Assembly (NCBI GenBank): GCA_002189035.1 | Contig: NEEC01000015.1 | Coordinates: 2,505,515 to 2,569,514 of the forward strand | Source: Utricularia gibba | Taxonomy: Eukaryota > Plantae > Magnoliophyta | Reading direction: 5' to 3' | DNA length: 64,000 bases | Shown here: positions 9,523-27,208 of the stretch, piece by piece | Numbering within the stretch: the stretch's first letter is position 1 | Layout of the letters: each line of letters opens with the position of its first letter | Made by a program: the position numbers and the translations under genes | Notes under the pieces: model-generated | What the model was told of the DNA's origin: nothing | What the model saw: only the letters and a program-made list of their open reading frames with translations | Databases searched by the model: none

Positions 9523-12500
9523 ATGGCGTCGTTTGCCGCCGCTCCGGCACATGCCTTGCCCGTATGCCCTGCCCCAGATTCCACTCGTCGCCGGGCGGTG
9601 CCGTCCGCGGCCGCCTCTGTCAGCCCCGCCCCGCCATCCACCAGGCACATTGCGTTATCCAGTCATGTTCTTGCCCCAACAGCCAATTTGGCGTCCAATT
9701 TCCGAGTACTGTGCTCTTCCAGAGAGCCAAAGCCGTCTAAGGGTTCGCCTTCTGTGCCGAGATTCTTGGTTTCTCCCAAATCTATTGCCATCACTTCAGC
9801 CGCTGGCATTCTCTTCCATGTTGCCAGCCCTGTTCTCAGTAGAATGAGCTTTCTTTCCTTCATCGGCGGTGGAGGTGGTGGGAACGGTCACGGGGGAAGC
9901 GGCGGAGGTGGGGGCGGCGGAAATGGTGGATGGCAGGGCGATGATTACTGGCGTTTTTTATCTCCCCAAGCTGTAGCAAAGGACGACGATCCACAGCAAG
10001 AGTGGGATTCTCATGGATTGCCGGCCAACATCGTGGTCCAGCTGAATAAACTCAGTGGATTTAAGAAATACAAACTCGGAGAAATATTATTCTTTGATCG
10101 CAGGCGCGGCTCCACGGTTGGTTCTGAAGATTCTTTCTTTGAGATGGTTTCCTTACGGCCAGGAGGGATTTACACCAAGGCGCAGCTGCAGAAGGAGCTC
10201 GAAACTCTTGCTACGTGCGGAATGTTTGAGAAAGTTGATTTGGAGACGAAAACCAATCCTAATGGTACGATTAACATTACCATCCCATTCCTTGAGTCGA
10301 CATGGCAATCAGCTGATAAGTTCAGATGCATTAATGTGGGACTCATGGCTCAGTCCAAGCCTATTGAAATGGACCCCGATATGACTGAAAAAGAGAGGCT
10401 GGAGTTCTATATGAGCCAAGAGCAAGATTACAGGATGAGAATTGATGGGTCAAGGCCATGCTTATTGTCAACACCTGTGCAAAAGGAGATCTTGATGATG
10501 TTAAGAGACCAGGGGAAAGTGAGTGCAAGACTGCTGCAGAAAATTAGGGACAAGGTGCAGCAGTGGTATCATGAGAATGGATATGCCTGTGCAAATGTTG
10601 TGAACTTTGGGAACCTGAACACAAAAGAAGTGGTTTGTGAAGTGGTGGAGGGTGATATTACGGAAGTGGTTATCCAGTTCCAGGATAAACTTGGGAATGT
10701 TTGTGAGGGCAATACTCGGTTATCTTTAATAAACAGAGAATTGCCAAAGCAGGTAAGGAAACATTCAGTTATCCTCTTTGCTCGTGCTTGCGGCACATAT
10801 ATTTTTTGTATGTTTTTCTCATTGGACGTATGTTTATGGTGCGTTTACTTTTGATTTTGTGACAGCTTTCCCCAGGGCTAGTTTTTAATATTGAGGCAGG
10901 GAAGCAAGCACTGAGAAATATCAATTCACTTGGGCTTTTCTCCAACATCGAGGTTAATCCACGTCCCGATGAGCAGAATGAGGGAGGTATTATCGTGGAA
11001 ATAAAGCTGAAGGAGCTGGAACAGAAGTCTGCCGAAGTTAGTACTGAGTGGAGTCTTGTTCCAGGCCGTGGTGGCCGTCCTACACTGGTATGCTACCCAA
11101 AGCATATTTCTTTTATGTTATATCAGGTTTATTTTTCTGGAAAACAGCTTTTTGATTTCTCTCGTGTTGTGAATTCTGATCAGGCTTCAATCCAGCCTGG
11201 TGGAACTGTTTCCTTTGAGCATCGTAATATCAACGGCTTGAACAGGTCACTTCTTGGTTCTGTAACCACCAGTAATTTCCTCAATCCCCAGGTGATTAAT
11301 TTATTTTTCTATTCACTATTTTAGGAGGAAATCGCCCCATATAATGTTCTTTTGAAAAACATTACTTTTATTCCTTTTTCTTATTTATTTATATCTTCAT
11401 ATAGGATGATCTTGCATTCAAGTTAGAGTATGTCCACCCTTATGTTGATGGCATATACAATCCTCGAGACCGTACATTTAAAGCTAGCTGCTTCAATAGT
11501 AGAAAGCTGAGCCCAGTTTTCACCGGTGGACCTGGAATTGAAGAAGTTCCCCCTATTTGGGTCGACAGAATGGGGCTGAAAGCCAATGTCACTGAGGTTT
11601 GTGAAACATATTTATGAAATGAACCCAGTTATAACTGGGAGAAAAATAGAGTTTTGATGGTCTTTAGAGTGAAAATTGAACATCTTCCTCCCTGTTCAGA
11701 ACTTTACTCGTCACAGCAAATTTACATGCGGGGTTGTCATGGAGGAGATAACAACACGTGATGAGAGCAGCCATATTTCTTCAAACGGACAGAGAGTATT
11801 ACCAAGTGGTGGGTGAGTGCAGATGGGCCACCCACTACACTTAGTGGCACTGGAGTAGATCAAATGGTGTTTCTCCAAGCTAATATCACTCGTGATAATA
11901 CAAAGTTTGTAAACGGTGCAATAGTTGGAGAGCGAAATGTATTCCAGGTAATTGAAATGGATTTCATGTTGCTTAGTCTTATCTCCCGTTTTCTCTTCAA
12001 TGGAATAGCCTCTGCAAGCTTTCTATTACGACATGAATTATTTAAAAAGTATTTAGATGAACTTTTTTGTGGAGGGGGTGAACTTTAGATGAAGTGGAGG
12101 CATCAAAAAACTATATTTGGCATGTTGCCTTTTTTGTGTTCAAAATGGAGCCGGTCTGGATCTATATCTGATTCTGATCTCGTGCACTTTCTTTTTACTT
12201 ATAGATCCCAAATGGTTTCTACTGCAGTTGATATTTAGGTGTACTGCCTCCTTTTTTTTTCCTACTGCAGCTTGACCAAGGAGTTGGAATAGGGAGCCGG
12301 TATCCTGTTTTTAACCGCCACCAGTTGACGTTAACTAAGTTTCTCCAATTGCTGGATGTACAAGAAGGTGCTGGGAAGCCACCTCCCCCTGTCTTGGTCC
12401 TTCATGCGCATTATGGTGGTTGTGTTGGTGATCTTCCCAGCTATGATGCATTCACACTTGGTGGGCCTTATTCCGTCCGGGTTATAACATGGGAGAGTTG

Positions 12501-12897
12501 GGGGCTGCAAGAAACATTTTAGAGGTATCCATCGTTTTTCTGCCCTTGAATCAATTCATTGAAACGCATCATTGTTTTTTGGTATGTTTAAACAAGCGCA
12601 AGGACTTTTCATATTCTGTGACCATTTACCTGTCTGGTTTGCTTTGCTTTGGTGCAGCTTGCCGCGGAACTGAGGGTACCTGTGAAGAACACCCATGCTT
12701 ACGTTTTCGCAGAGCATGGTAATGATCTTGGAAGTTCAAAGGACGTCAAAGGCAACCCCACAGAGGTATACAGGAGAGTAGGCCACGGCTCCTCCTATGG
12801 AATCGGTGCGAAGTTAGGATTAGTTCGTGTGGAGTATGCAGTGGATCACAACTCAGGTACCGGCGCCTTTTTCTTTCGGTTTGGCGAGAGGTTCTAA
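9523..12897 (+). CDS. TOC75-III: Chloroplast outer-envelope translocon TOC75-III (Omp85 family), multi-exon; two apparent 1-bp deletions (11811-13, 12479-81)
   Basis: Transit peptide plus polyglycine stretch, EWDSHGLPANIVVQLNKLSGFKKYK, POTRA domains, C-terminal GTGAFFFRFGERF*. Confidence 0.95.
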
Positions 12898-13339
12898 GCA
12901 GCAGCTCCGGTTTTTCTCCTTGAGTCCGTCCATCTTTCAGTTTTTCTCATTCTCGGATGGTGACATAACTTAAGTTTGATGAGTAGCAGCATGTTCTCAA
13001 GTGAAGAATAAAATATAGGCTCTGTTTGCTCTTGCGAATACGACGAATTTAGAAGGGAAATGATTAGATTCAAGGATGATATAACACGCCTGTACGAAAA
13101 TGGAGAGTTTGCCATCTTGGTGTTAAATGAAGAAACCATTCATGGCCATGTGGTAGAGGTAAATTTTCACTTTTCAGGATCAAGTGGTTAACGATGACCT
13201 GGTGGAATCTCAACGGTAATGCCAAAATTTAGTCCAAAAAGTAGACTTGATGGCTTAATCCAGACACAACCGTGGTGCAGATGAACTGCAACAGTCGAAG
13301 GCTACTTAGTTGGGTTCCAAATACAACAGCATCTCTATT

Positions 13340-14656
13340 TCAGACCTTGGAAACTGGGAAAACACTAACTTCATCAAGAACGGGGCCACATAGAGTGCCA
13401 TAGTCACGGATCCTCGTATGATAGAATGAGCTAAAGAAGGTGAGCCTTGTTCTATAGGATGTTGCTGTGAACTGAAAACTGTAAGTGGCGGACTTCCCTT
13501 CTCCACTCGACTTGAAGGGAGCCTTCATAACAGCTTTAGCAGCAAAGGCTTCCACCATCATGGATCCATGGCATCCATTTTTGGCATCACCCACCATGAA
13601 GGAGAGCCTATAGACTTTGTTGGGAACAGTTCTGATGACTTGAGCTATGGCACTCTCTCGTCCAGCAACTAATTCAACAGCAGATTTACCCGATGGCACA
13701 TTGAAATGCTTCGCATCAATGAACTTCACAGCCTTGAGTGATTCCACGATCCATCCAGGTAGAGGAGAGATTGAGTCTTGCTGCTTAGGGGGTAGCAGGA
13801 TGCCATGGGAAGAGTTGGCGAGCAAATGAGGGCCATCTTCAAATCCGTTGTTTTTCACCAAGTTTCCTGCAGTTACAACACCAAGGTAAATCATCCTGTT
13901 CTGAATCTCAAATAACTGCATCAACTTCAGTAACGCAACACAAGTAGCAGAAGAAGACTAGGTTTTCCAAGAAAGCAAAACCTTTTGAGGGTGTGGAAGA
14001 CAAAAGTTGCTTGATAGCAACTGCATCCAGTAAAGGGCCGCAAGCAGGATTCTCTTGCATTCCAGGATTGTGAAAAATAATCTTCACTGAATCCGAATTG
14101 GCTTGAAATCCCCAAGCATAAGTGTCTCCACCATTGCTGGAATACAGCGTTTGCAGAGGAAGCTCCCCTGTTTGTGGGGGAACTGATACTCTCAAAACCT
14201 CATCCTGCGCACAAGTTCTTGACGCACCAAAAGTCAGGACATAAAAGGAACCCTTCTTCACAGGGATGGTCTGAGAGATTGACGCCTCGTTCCCAAGGCG
14301 CACGGCGTGGACCCCATGAGCAACAGCAAAGTACATTCCTCCAGGCTGTGGGCCGCCGGAGATGTACTCCACAAGACCGCTTATTTCCCATTTGGGCAGA
14401 GAGTTTTTGCGAAGGAGCACTGTTCTGTTCAAATCTTTCGGCTTTGGCGCCTCTTCAAAATTCCCATTTGGCAGGAGCCCTGAAAAATAAGCACGTGCAT
14501 GGCCGCAGCTAAAATTCCGTAAAGAGAGCAGATCTGTGCCTGCGCGAAAAAATGAAAAACGCTGAAGCTGAAATGGCTACCTTCCAGGGGGGTGAGAGCT
14601 GACCCAGTAACCGCAAGGCAGACAAAAACCCAGAAAATAACCCTCAACGCCGCCAT
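13340..14656 (-). CDS. DUF642 cell-wall protein (BIIDXI/At3g08030-like), 3 exons
   Basis: Signal peptide MAALRVIFWVFVCLAVTGSA, GLLPNGNFEE, GVHAVRLGNEASISQ, CGPLLDAVAI, GNLVKNNGFEDGP, CGPVLDEV. Confidence 0.93.
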
Positions 14657-15366
14657 AGAGACCAAAGAAATGCCGGAAGAATCCCCCAAACAAGCACATC
14701 CGAGGGTTGAGCGTGGTTCCCTCCATTTATAGCAGGGAGGGGGGAGCGCCCCATGTGAGAGAGAGAAGAACAGTGAAAAGGAAAGAGGTCGGAGCTCAGA
14801 AGCCGACAGAATTATGGGCTTTGTAGTAGCAGTAGCAGCAGCTCCTCGAGAGTTGATGATATCCCGCGGCGCATTTTGAAATTAAATACCAAAAGAATAA
14901 TTGAATCGGTGAGTGGAGGCATTGAGAAAAGCTGATGGGCGGTTTATGTGTGGGCAGGCAGCTCCCATGTGATGGACATAAATTCAATGCATTGTTCCAA
15001 GATTGGTTGTTTTCATTGATTCCATCAACTGCCCCACGAAGCTGAGCCTGCTCCCCGATCACCGCTCTTGGTCACCATGAATATGATCTGGGGGGCTCGA
15101 CATACCTTATCGTGCATACAGAATTGATGATGTCAATCACCTTTCAACTAAACAGGAAACTGTTGGCAGGTCACAAACAACTGCTTCTACTCAACACTAT
15201 ACAATAACAATTGCACCATATCTGAGCATCCCTTTTATCAGTTATGTTGCTTGTGAGGCAGGGAAGAGAGGCATCTAGCATCCTTGAATTACTTCGGAAT
15301 CTTCTTTGCTTCCCAGGCTTACATCTGCATGAACCTGGGGTGCATATGTGAATAGAAGAGTAGGCC

Positions 15367-17803
15367 TCAAGGAAACATTCCTTGCATATACACATCGAAG
15401 CTCTCGCCGTCTGCGTTCGGAGATGAAGTGGAACCCTTGCTTGCTGGTATTACAGGGAGGAAGGAAGTAAGTTTGATGAGCTTGGCAGATATGGGAGTAT
15501 GGAATTGAGATGCAATGACCCAACTTGGTTAAACTGCGCCTGAAACATAAACTCTAAATGAAGAACCAGGAGATATGGAGGTGTCAGTACCATATGTTCC
15601 GTCTTCAGTTCTTCCTTGCTTGGTTTGCATGTCTTCATCGCTGTCAGACCGATTCCTGAAAGATGCCTAGACAGAATGAGTCATTGGTTGAAAAACTTCT
15701 CTGGATTCTTTGTAATCATCACCTTTTCCTTTGTTGCTTTTCATTCCCCTTTTGTTTCAAGTTTTCCTTCTCCTTCTTTTTCTTGTAATAAAGCTTCTCT
15801 GCACATCTGTTTCAAGGAAAAGCTCTGTTTAACTCTAAATTGCCTAGAGAACAACCATAAGATTTTTTTTCTTAAGGCCACTTCAGTGAAGATTAGACTA
15901 AATGAAAATTAACTAAGAAAACGCCACTCACTCACCTCTCGCACGCCACTAATTTCACCAAAGCCTGTTTGTTTTCACCAGCTTCTTGATAGGAAAAGTT
16001 CACCTGTATTGGGAAGGCTTAGCAAGAAACCATCGCTACAATCTGAAGCTTTAAAAGATAGAATAAAGAGTGACCCTCAAGATATTTGTGTGAGAGAAGA
16101 CTTAATTCTAATAGCAAGTCATAAAATAACAGATAGATTCAACCAGAACTTGCCTCGTAGCTAGACAAAGAATCTTTACAATTGCAGTGCTTATTGCCAC
16201 ATTCAAACTGCCCTAAAAAGAATATGGTCAGCCAGGGTTAGAGCCTTGTCTGTGATATCATGTGAGCCTCTTAGTAGTTCCCGCAGATTGACAGCAATCA
16301 AACAGAATAAAGAAATCACACTAACATTCTATTCCTTTGAACCAACATGGCTGTGAATTCTGTGAAAGGGATCATACTCTTTAGAAGAAATGGCCTTAAA
16401 TTTGCAAAAAGCCAGACTCACTAAAAGTTTGTTCCAACAAGTGAATACAAATACTACATAATTCAGGGAGCACAGAGGTAAAAAAACCATTCTTGGAAAC
16501 ATACTATTATTGAGCAGTTCAGGGAATTGTCGATCCTTGCTATCTTACATGCTCTTGTTGAGAAGGAACAAATGCCAGAGAAAGACTAAAAACTTGCACG
16601 CAAGTGGACCGTACCTTTCCCAGATATTACCTCCTTTTCAGTTCTCCATCTCAGCCCAATCTAAATTGACATCAATCCTTAGATTGGCTAACATTAAATC
16701 ATATATATGTTTTGAAACACTGATACCTTTCCAGCCTTGTAATGAGACATGTCAGCTATGCAGTATCTTTGATAAGTTAAGAGAAAAAAAATCGCATATT
16801 ATGTTCTTCTACGTTTCAGCACAATTAATGCATACGAAGGGCCATTCCATAAAACATATAATCTTAGTTCAAGTTTGTAGGAATGTACAACGGTGATGCT
16901 TTAAAGGATACTCTTTAAAGAGCTTATCATAGTAGCGTTTAACCAGCTTTTGCTCCCAAGAAGGATTCAAGTCATCTTCTTCAGTCCTTATGAACCTTAC
17001 AATAAAATAACATGCTCAAAAAACTGAGCTACAAGGGAGGAAGACAACCGCAAATGATGGAAAGCACATATATACCATCTACAAAACACGGATCTTGACA
17101 CTCTAACTCACACTTACATTTTTTAATATTTTCAATTATTACACTCTCTGTACGCCATAAATGACTTCACAATCAAATACTCAGATCAGTTTGATAATCA
17201 GAATATGGAAGGGTGAAACGAAATTGAAATGCATGTCTTGCCCAAACATCACTTGCCTATCTCATTTCGAAAATTATGTACATGAAAACAAGGGATTAAA
17301 TAATAACCTACCGATATCCTTCTCTAAGGGTGTCCTGATCAGTTTTAATCGGCAATGCTTCTCCAGCAACTGCTTGCTTCCCATAATAACTAACTGCAAG
17401 CAAAGAGAATTGATTAAAGGTTCAAACTTTCAAGTCAAATGTTTAAAGATTTCACTGAGTTGAAATTCAATTAGGCATCTTATTTCCCACAGAAAACTGA
17501 GCACCAGACTAAATCCCCAGCAACTAAATACATTCCAACAGGAGGAAATTTCGAGGTTGGACATGTTCCTGGAGAATAAATACTTAAAATACTAACTGTA
17601 ATCATTCAAAAACTTCTTGTGGCGATCGTAAGCGTTGAGGCCTCGAATATGATCCTGATACTGCCTGCAAACCCACAGAAAGACAAAACTCAAAATACTC
17701 CGTTCAGACTCCCCTTTAAATCATCGGTAAGAAAGCCCGCGTACCGTTTTCTAGCTTCATTGTCGAAAATCTCTTGCCTCAGAGCCCTGAATGAAGAAGC
17801 CAT
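15367..17803 (-). CDS. FRA10AC1: FRA10AC1-like protein (spliceosome-associated), about 10 short exons; not captured by the ORF track
   Basis: Manually spliced: MASSFRALRQEIFDNEARKR|QYQDHIRGLNAYDRHKKFLNDY|...IKTDQDTLREGYR|FIRTEEDDLNPSWEQKLVKRYYDKLFKE|YCIADMS|IGLRWRTEKEVISGK|GQFECGNKHC|VNFSYQEAGENKQALVKLVACER|...FDVYMQGMFP*. Confidence 0.92.
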
Positions 17804-18304
17804 CCCCCCTGCTTCTCAACTTCCTTCCGATTTCTGTTTATCGACGGATCAAGAATCGTTTTTTAATTTTATTTGGATCGGCCCACTACCCATCCGTAAA
17901 TAGTAAGTATATATACAGGCAAGTTAGATGGGCCCACATCCCTTATGTTCACATTATCCAAATTTATTTTTTCGGATCAAATCACACTTTCCCTCGGACC
18001 GCCCGTCTCACAGGCTCCTCTGGTCTCATATGCTCGACCTCGTCTCCGTCGGCGCATTTCGGCAACTACTCACCAGGAAACCGCCGGAGAAACCTAGAAT
18101 CACCGGCAGTTTTTCCGATGAGCGTTGTTAGTGCTGCTCGGAAACGTTATGGGCAAATCGCCGTCTGGGCAATAAAGTAACATGAATCCAAAACGAGAAA
18201 CAGAAAAAACATGAGTGGAGCTGCTTCGAGGTCTGATGCTGAAGGTCATTCATGACAGGAGCAGGTGAAACTAGACGAGGAAATTAAGATGATAAAAAGA
18301 CGAC

Positions 18305-18700
18305 CTTTCTTGTGATGCATTTGTTACATCAGAGCACTGCATAAGGTTCTCCACCGGCTCCCAATTATTCGCAGCCTCCGACCACCCTCGCCTTTCCATC
18401 AGATCACTCACCATTTTATGAGAGGCTGAACTTGACCATACTTCTATCATTTGCAGATTCCCCAAGCAATGCCCACATCGGAATAACCGATTAACATTAA
18501 AAGGATAAGCAAGTCGTCACCTTTCGAACGCGCAGTCTTCGAACCGCTTCGATCTCGTAGTACCCAGAAGCGGGATTCAACTTTTCACCGTCGGCGGCAT
18601 CATCAGAATTCTCTTCTTCTCCGTCTTCCTCTTCGGCGAGTCCCAATTGGTCGAAGTTGCTGGTAGTCGCCTTCTGTACTCCTTTTTCACTCCTTTGACA
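18305..18700 (-). pseudogene. Truncated, degenerate LHP1/TFL2-like chromodomain relic
   Basis: GYYEIEAVRRLRVRK|GQVQPLIKW|RGWSEAANNWEPVENL chromodomain pieces. Start codon lost (gtc aaa gga gtg aaa), 20-nt intron remnant, no chromoshadow exons before FRA10AC1. Confidence 0.8.
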
Positions 18701-18857
18701 CACTCTGTATAATCGCGCTGTTTCTCACTCCATAAACTAGTAGCAGAAGGGTCTACGTCGGTGGCCAAGGCCACACATCTCCGGGGATGGAGCGAGGAGA
18801 GACGTTCGTCTATGACAGACTTCTCCACGTCAAATTCTCCGGCGATGCCCCCGCCAG

Positions 18858-18866
18858 CCCGCCAAA
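18858..18866 (-). promoter_or_regulatory. E2F consensus site (TTTGGCGG) upstream of the LHP1 relic
   Basis: Plus strand CCCGCCAAA matches the TTTSSCGS consensus on the minus strand. Single motif only. Confidence 0.3.
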
Positions 18867-19118
18867 AAGCAAAGCTTATTACCAATGACGATGCTGCTGG
18901 TTATGGGAATGATCTCATTTTAAGATTCTTTTACAATCGATGCGGGTCTCAAGTGACTCGCGTTTCGAGTTTCAGTCGAGCTCAACTCCAAGAGCCGCCA
19001 ACGAGCAAGTTTTTCTTCGTATACAGGAAATGTGCAAAGAACCCCATTTTGTATTTACTTCCATCAAACAAGGAACGCGAATCAAATTTTGTACACACTA
19101 TGACAGAAGCAAATCTGC

Positions 19119-20348
19119 CTAATTCTCCTTCTGCTGCTCTGGCTGCGGCTGCTTCTTCACGCTGGCTTGAGAATACAGAAACGTCCCAAAGATTGCAATG
19201 GCGGATCCCAAGGCATTGAGGGGCCTTACAGGATTTCGGAATACCAGAATGGTGGCGATGATAACCACAACTCTCTTCATGGTGTTCCCAATTGAGAATG
19301 TCAGTGGACTTATGTCATCAAGTGCCTCGTAAGAGGACTGGTTGTAGAGGTGGTAAAATATCCCTGACACCATCACCCACAGATAAAATTTGGAGGGTTC
19401 ACCAATGGTTTCAATGGCTTTATTGAATCCGGATACCCATTGAGATCCTTCAACGTATATCGCCACAGGAAACAGATAAACCAGAGACAGTATACTGATC
19501 CAGCCGTATAGATTGAGGCCATTTACTTGTTTGAAGCTTTGCAAGCTCTTCTTGGAGAAGATATTGCGTAGCACAAATCCAACATTGCTGATCATAGCAC
19601 CCCATAGTCCCTCAAAGTTGAAGGAGACTTCAGTTATTGCAGCCAAGGAGCAACCAAAGACAATTGGGAGGATTGAGAGCCACACTTTCAGAGGATATGA
19701 ATCTCCCAGAAACGAAGAGAAGATAACTGAAAACACAGGCTCAGCTGACTTTATGACATGAGTGAAAGAAACAGCCACTTTTGAAAATGAAACACATGCA
19801 GAGATATGGCCTATTGTGTGGAAAAGTGCAGGTCCAAGAAGTGCAAGAATGAAGGACCTGTCAATTTTCGGGCATGGCTGGAGTTTCAGAGACCAGAGCA
19901 CAAGCATCCACACAGACCCACAGAACAGCTGAAACGAAGCTAGAAGCCAAGGATACGGGAAAACAATCAACACCTTCTTATTGTAGATGTTAAAGATTAT
20001 GTTGTGGATATACCAGAGCCCGAAAACAACAGCTAGTTTCAAACTCTTGCTTGGCTTCGATTCATCGCTCCCGCCATCTGAGCTGCTGGATTCTTGAGGG
20101 ATCTCAGAGGAGGCCCTCGGTCTGTGGCATCCCACAATTTTTTTCCCAAAATTGGATCTTGATTCACGAATCAAGCGAAGAGGGGACAACCCACAACTGG
20201 GATTTGAAAGAGGAAGAATTGAGTGACGAAACTGGGACCGGGCACAAGAATTAGGATTCAGAAGTAAACCGCCATCAGCTACACGATTTCTGCAGCTGAG
20301 CTTGCAGAAGCTCACATTTGAGAAGGGGAGAAGGGTCGTGACGAGCAT
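19119..20348 (-). CDS. XPT: Plastid xylulose-5-phosphate/phosphate translocator
   Basis: Intronless 409 aa with transit peptide. FNIYNKKVL, SFSKVAVSFTHVIKSAEPVFSV, YHLYNQSSY, GNTMKRVVVI. Confidence 0.92.
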   Translation of the reverse strand: MLVTTLLPFSNVSFCKLSCRNRVADGGLLLNPNSCARSQFRHSILPLSNPSCGLSPLRLIRESRSNFGKKIVGCHRPRASSEIPQESSSSDGGSDESKPSKSLKLAVVFGLWYIHNIIFNIYNKKVLIVFPYPWLLASFQLFCGSVWMLVLWSLKLQPCPKIDRSFILALLGPALFHTIGHISACVSFSKVAVSFTHVIKSAEPVFSVIFSSFLGDSYPLKVWLSILPIVFGCSLAAITEVSFNFEGLWGAMISNVGFVLRNIFSKKSLQSFKQVNGLNLYGWISILSLVYLFPVAIYVEGSQWVSGFNKAIETIGEPSKFYLWVMVSGIFYHLYNQSSYEALDDISPLTFSIGNTMKRVVVIIATILVFRNPVRPLNALGSAIAIFGTFLYSQASVKKQPQPEQQKEN

Positions 20349-20943
20349 ATTTTCCGATTCGGGTTCAGATGCTCTCCCAACGCAAGCAGTCAGTCACTCC
20401 AGACGCTCCTCAGCTCACGAGTTTTTTTTCACCGTTTTGACTGGTTCAAAATCAACTCATATCCCAGAATCTGTGGAGAAAATCAGGCAAGGACATCCCC
20501 CACAAATTTAAAATTCACAAAATTCATCCATTGAAGTGATGTTCAATCTCCCGAAAGGGGATGTACACATGGAGGTTTCCCGTCTGAGCTTGTGTTTTTC
20601 TGCCTACCTTTTTGTTTGGAGTTTTCGATAGCCTGGAATTGATTCGTTTGTACAGAAAGACAAACGGGAAAGCACTCAACATTATTAAAATCACAAGACA
20701 ACGAAGGGCTGTTGCTGCAGGTAGCATAAGCTACAGAGACTGTTCACTTTTTTATGTGCACTACTCGACGTATCTGAGGCTAAGAGATGACAAAAATGAG
20801 ACTGTAAAGAGCACCATTCATCTGGGCGTTGGAGAAAGCAGCAAGGCCTCCAAGCTTGTGGGTATATATATGCTCTTAAAAGATTGAGCTGAATATGCAT
20901 TGCATCGGAACCGGAGAATAACATGCGGGTATCTGGAGCATTT

Positions 20944-25892
<4,949 letters not shown>

Positions 25893-27208
25893 CAAAATAC
25901 TTTTCCTTCCTTCCGGAGGCCACACCACCACCGCCGGTGTCCTCTGTAAAAGTGAACGATAGCAATACAAAACCTTTTTCCCAATATTTCCAATTAATAA
26001 TTAACCATTAATTATACATCCAAACCATCCCATTATAACACAACTCCAAGTGCTAAACATCCATAAAACAAATTATTTACACTAGCCAAGTCAACTCAAA
26101 ATAGTGTTTCACTTTTTCCCCAATTTTAATTTACCGCTGTGGGCCTCTCCCTGACCACAGGCCCAATGGGGCCCAAGACCAATCAACTGCCGAAAAATGG
26201 GTACTAAACCCAATGCCTGTCGACTCAAATTCACCTGCAAGTAAATGAAATCTTTGATTGGTTATGTTTCTTAAAAATCAATGTTTGAAAAATAAAAATT
26301 AGGTCTTTACATCTTCTTAAAAATAAAAAATATTCATGAATTTATGATTTTTTTGTAACAGAATTCGCTCATTTTTTAATAAAACTATTTTTAATAGTTT
26401 TTTTTTTCAAAAATAGAATTTGTTTTAAACATAACTTCAAATTTTAGTTTATGCTATATTTGATTTATTTAAAACGTGCCCTTTATTTATTTGTATAAAA
26501 ATAAAAAAAAAACTAGACAAAAATTGAATATATTTGATAGAGAATATTATATAATAAATAATTATTTAGCATATAAAAAAATTTCAAAATGTTTGTACCA
26601 AGTATAATATTCTTTATTATAATGTAGTTAAATGAGTAAGTGTTCGAAATATTTAATCTCTATATATTTAATTTATGCATCTTATTCTTAAAAAAAATGA
26701 AATAAGAAATTGTAAATTCATGTAATCGGATCACCTACAGTTAATGAGAGTGTTGAGTGGGGCATGCCCTAATTGAAGGAGGTAGGTGTAGGTAAGGTAA
26801 TTAATTACTGACGACGTGAAAATGCATGGTGTGTGCGTCCACACGTCAATCCCCTCCGCCTCCATCGTTCCTTTGGCTAGTCTCCCTACACGTGGAGCTC
26901 TCAGGAGACGCCACGTACAGCCGGGCATCTCCAAGCATCGCGCCACATTCCTTAGTTATTATTCATTTTTACTGCCTACGAGTTGCAACTTTGACAGCAA
27001 CGAAAAAAAAAGGAACAGTTCCAATTTGGGTTTCTATCCGGGTCCGGGTCGGGTGGAATGAAAGGAGGAGATGGAGAGTTGTGGTACTTTTCTGCAGCGC
27101 AAACCTGCATTCCGGGAGCTTCTTTTTCTTATCTCCGTCCCGCTATAAATGCTACATGTCCACAGCGCAGCAAAGACGCGAAAAGGTGAAAGCTTTCGAG
27201 TGCGTGCG

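Noticed and set aside
11813-11822. GTGAGTGCAG as a 10-nt micro-intron rescuing the TOC75 frameshift
   Set aside because: Excision does not restore the conserved frame (VSADGPP); adding one G does.
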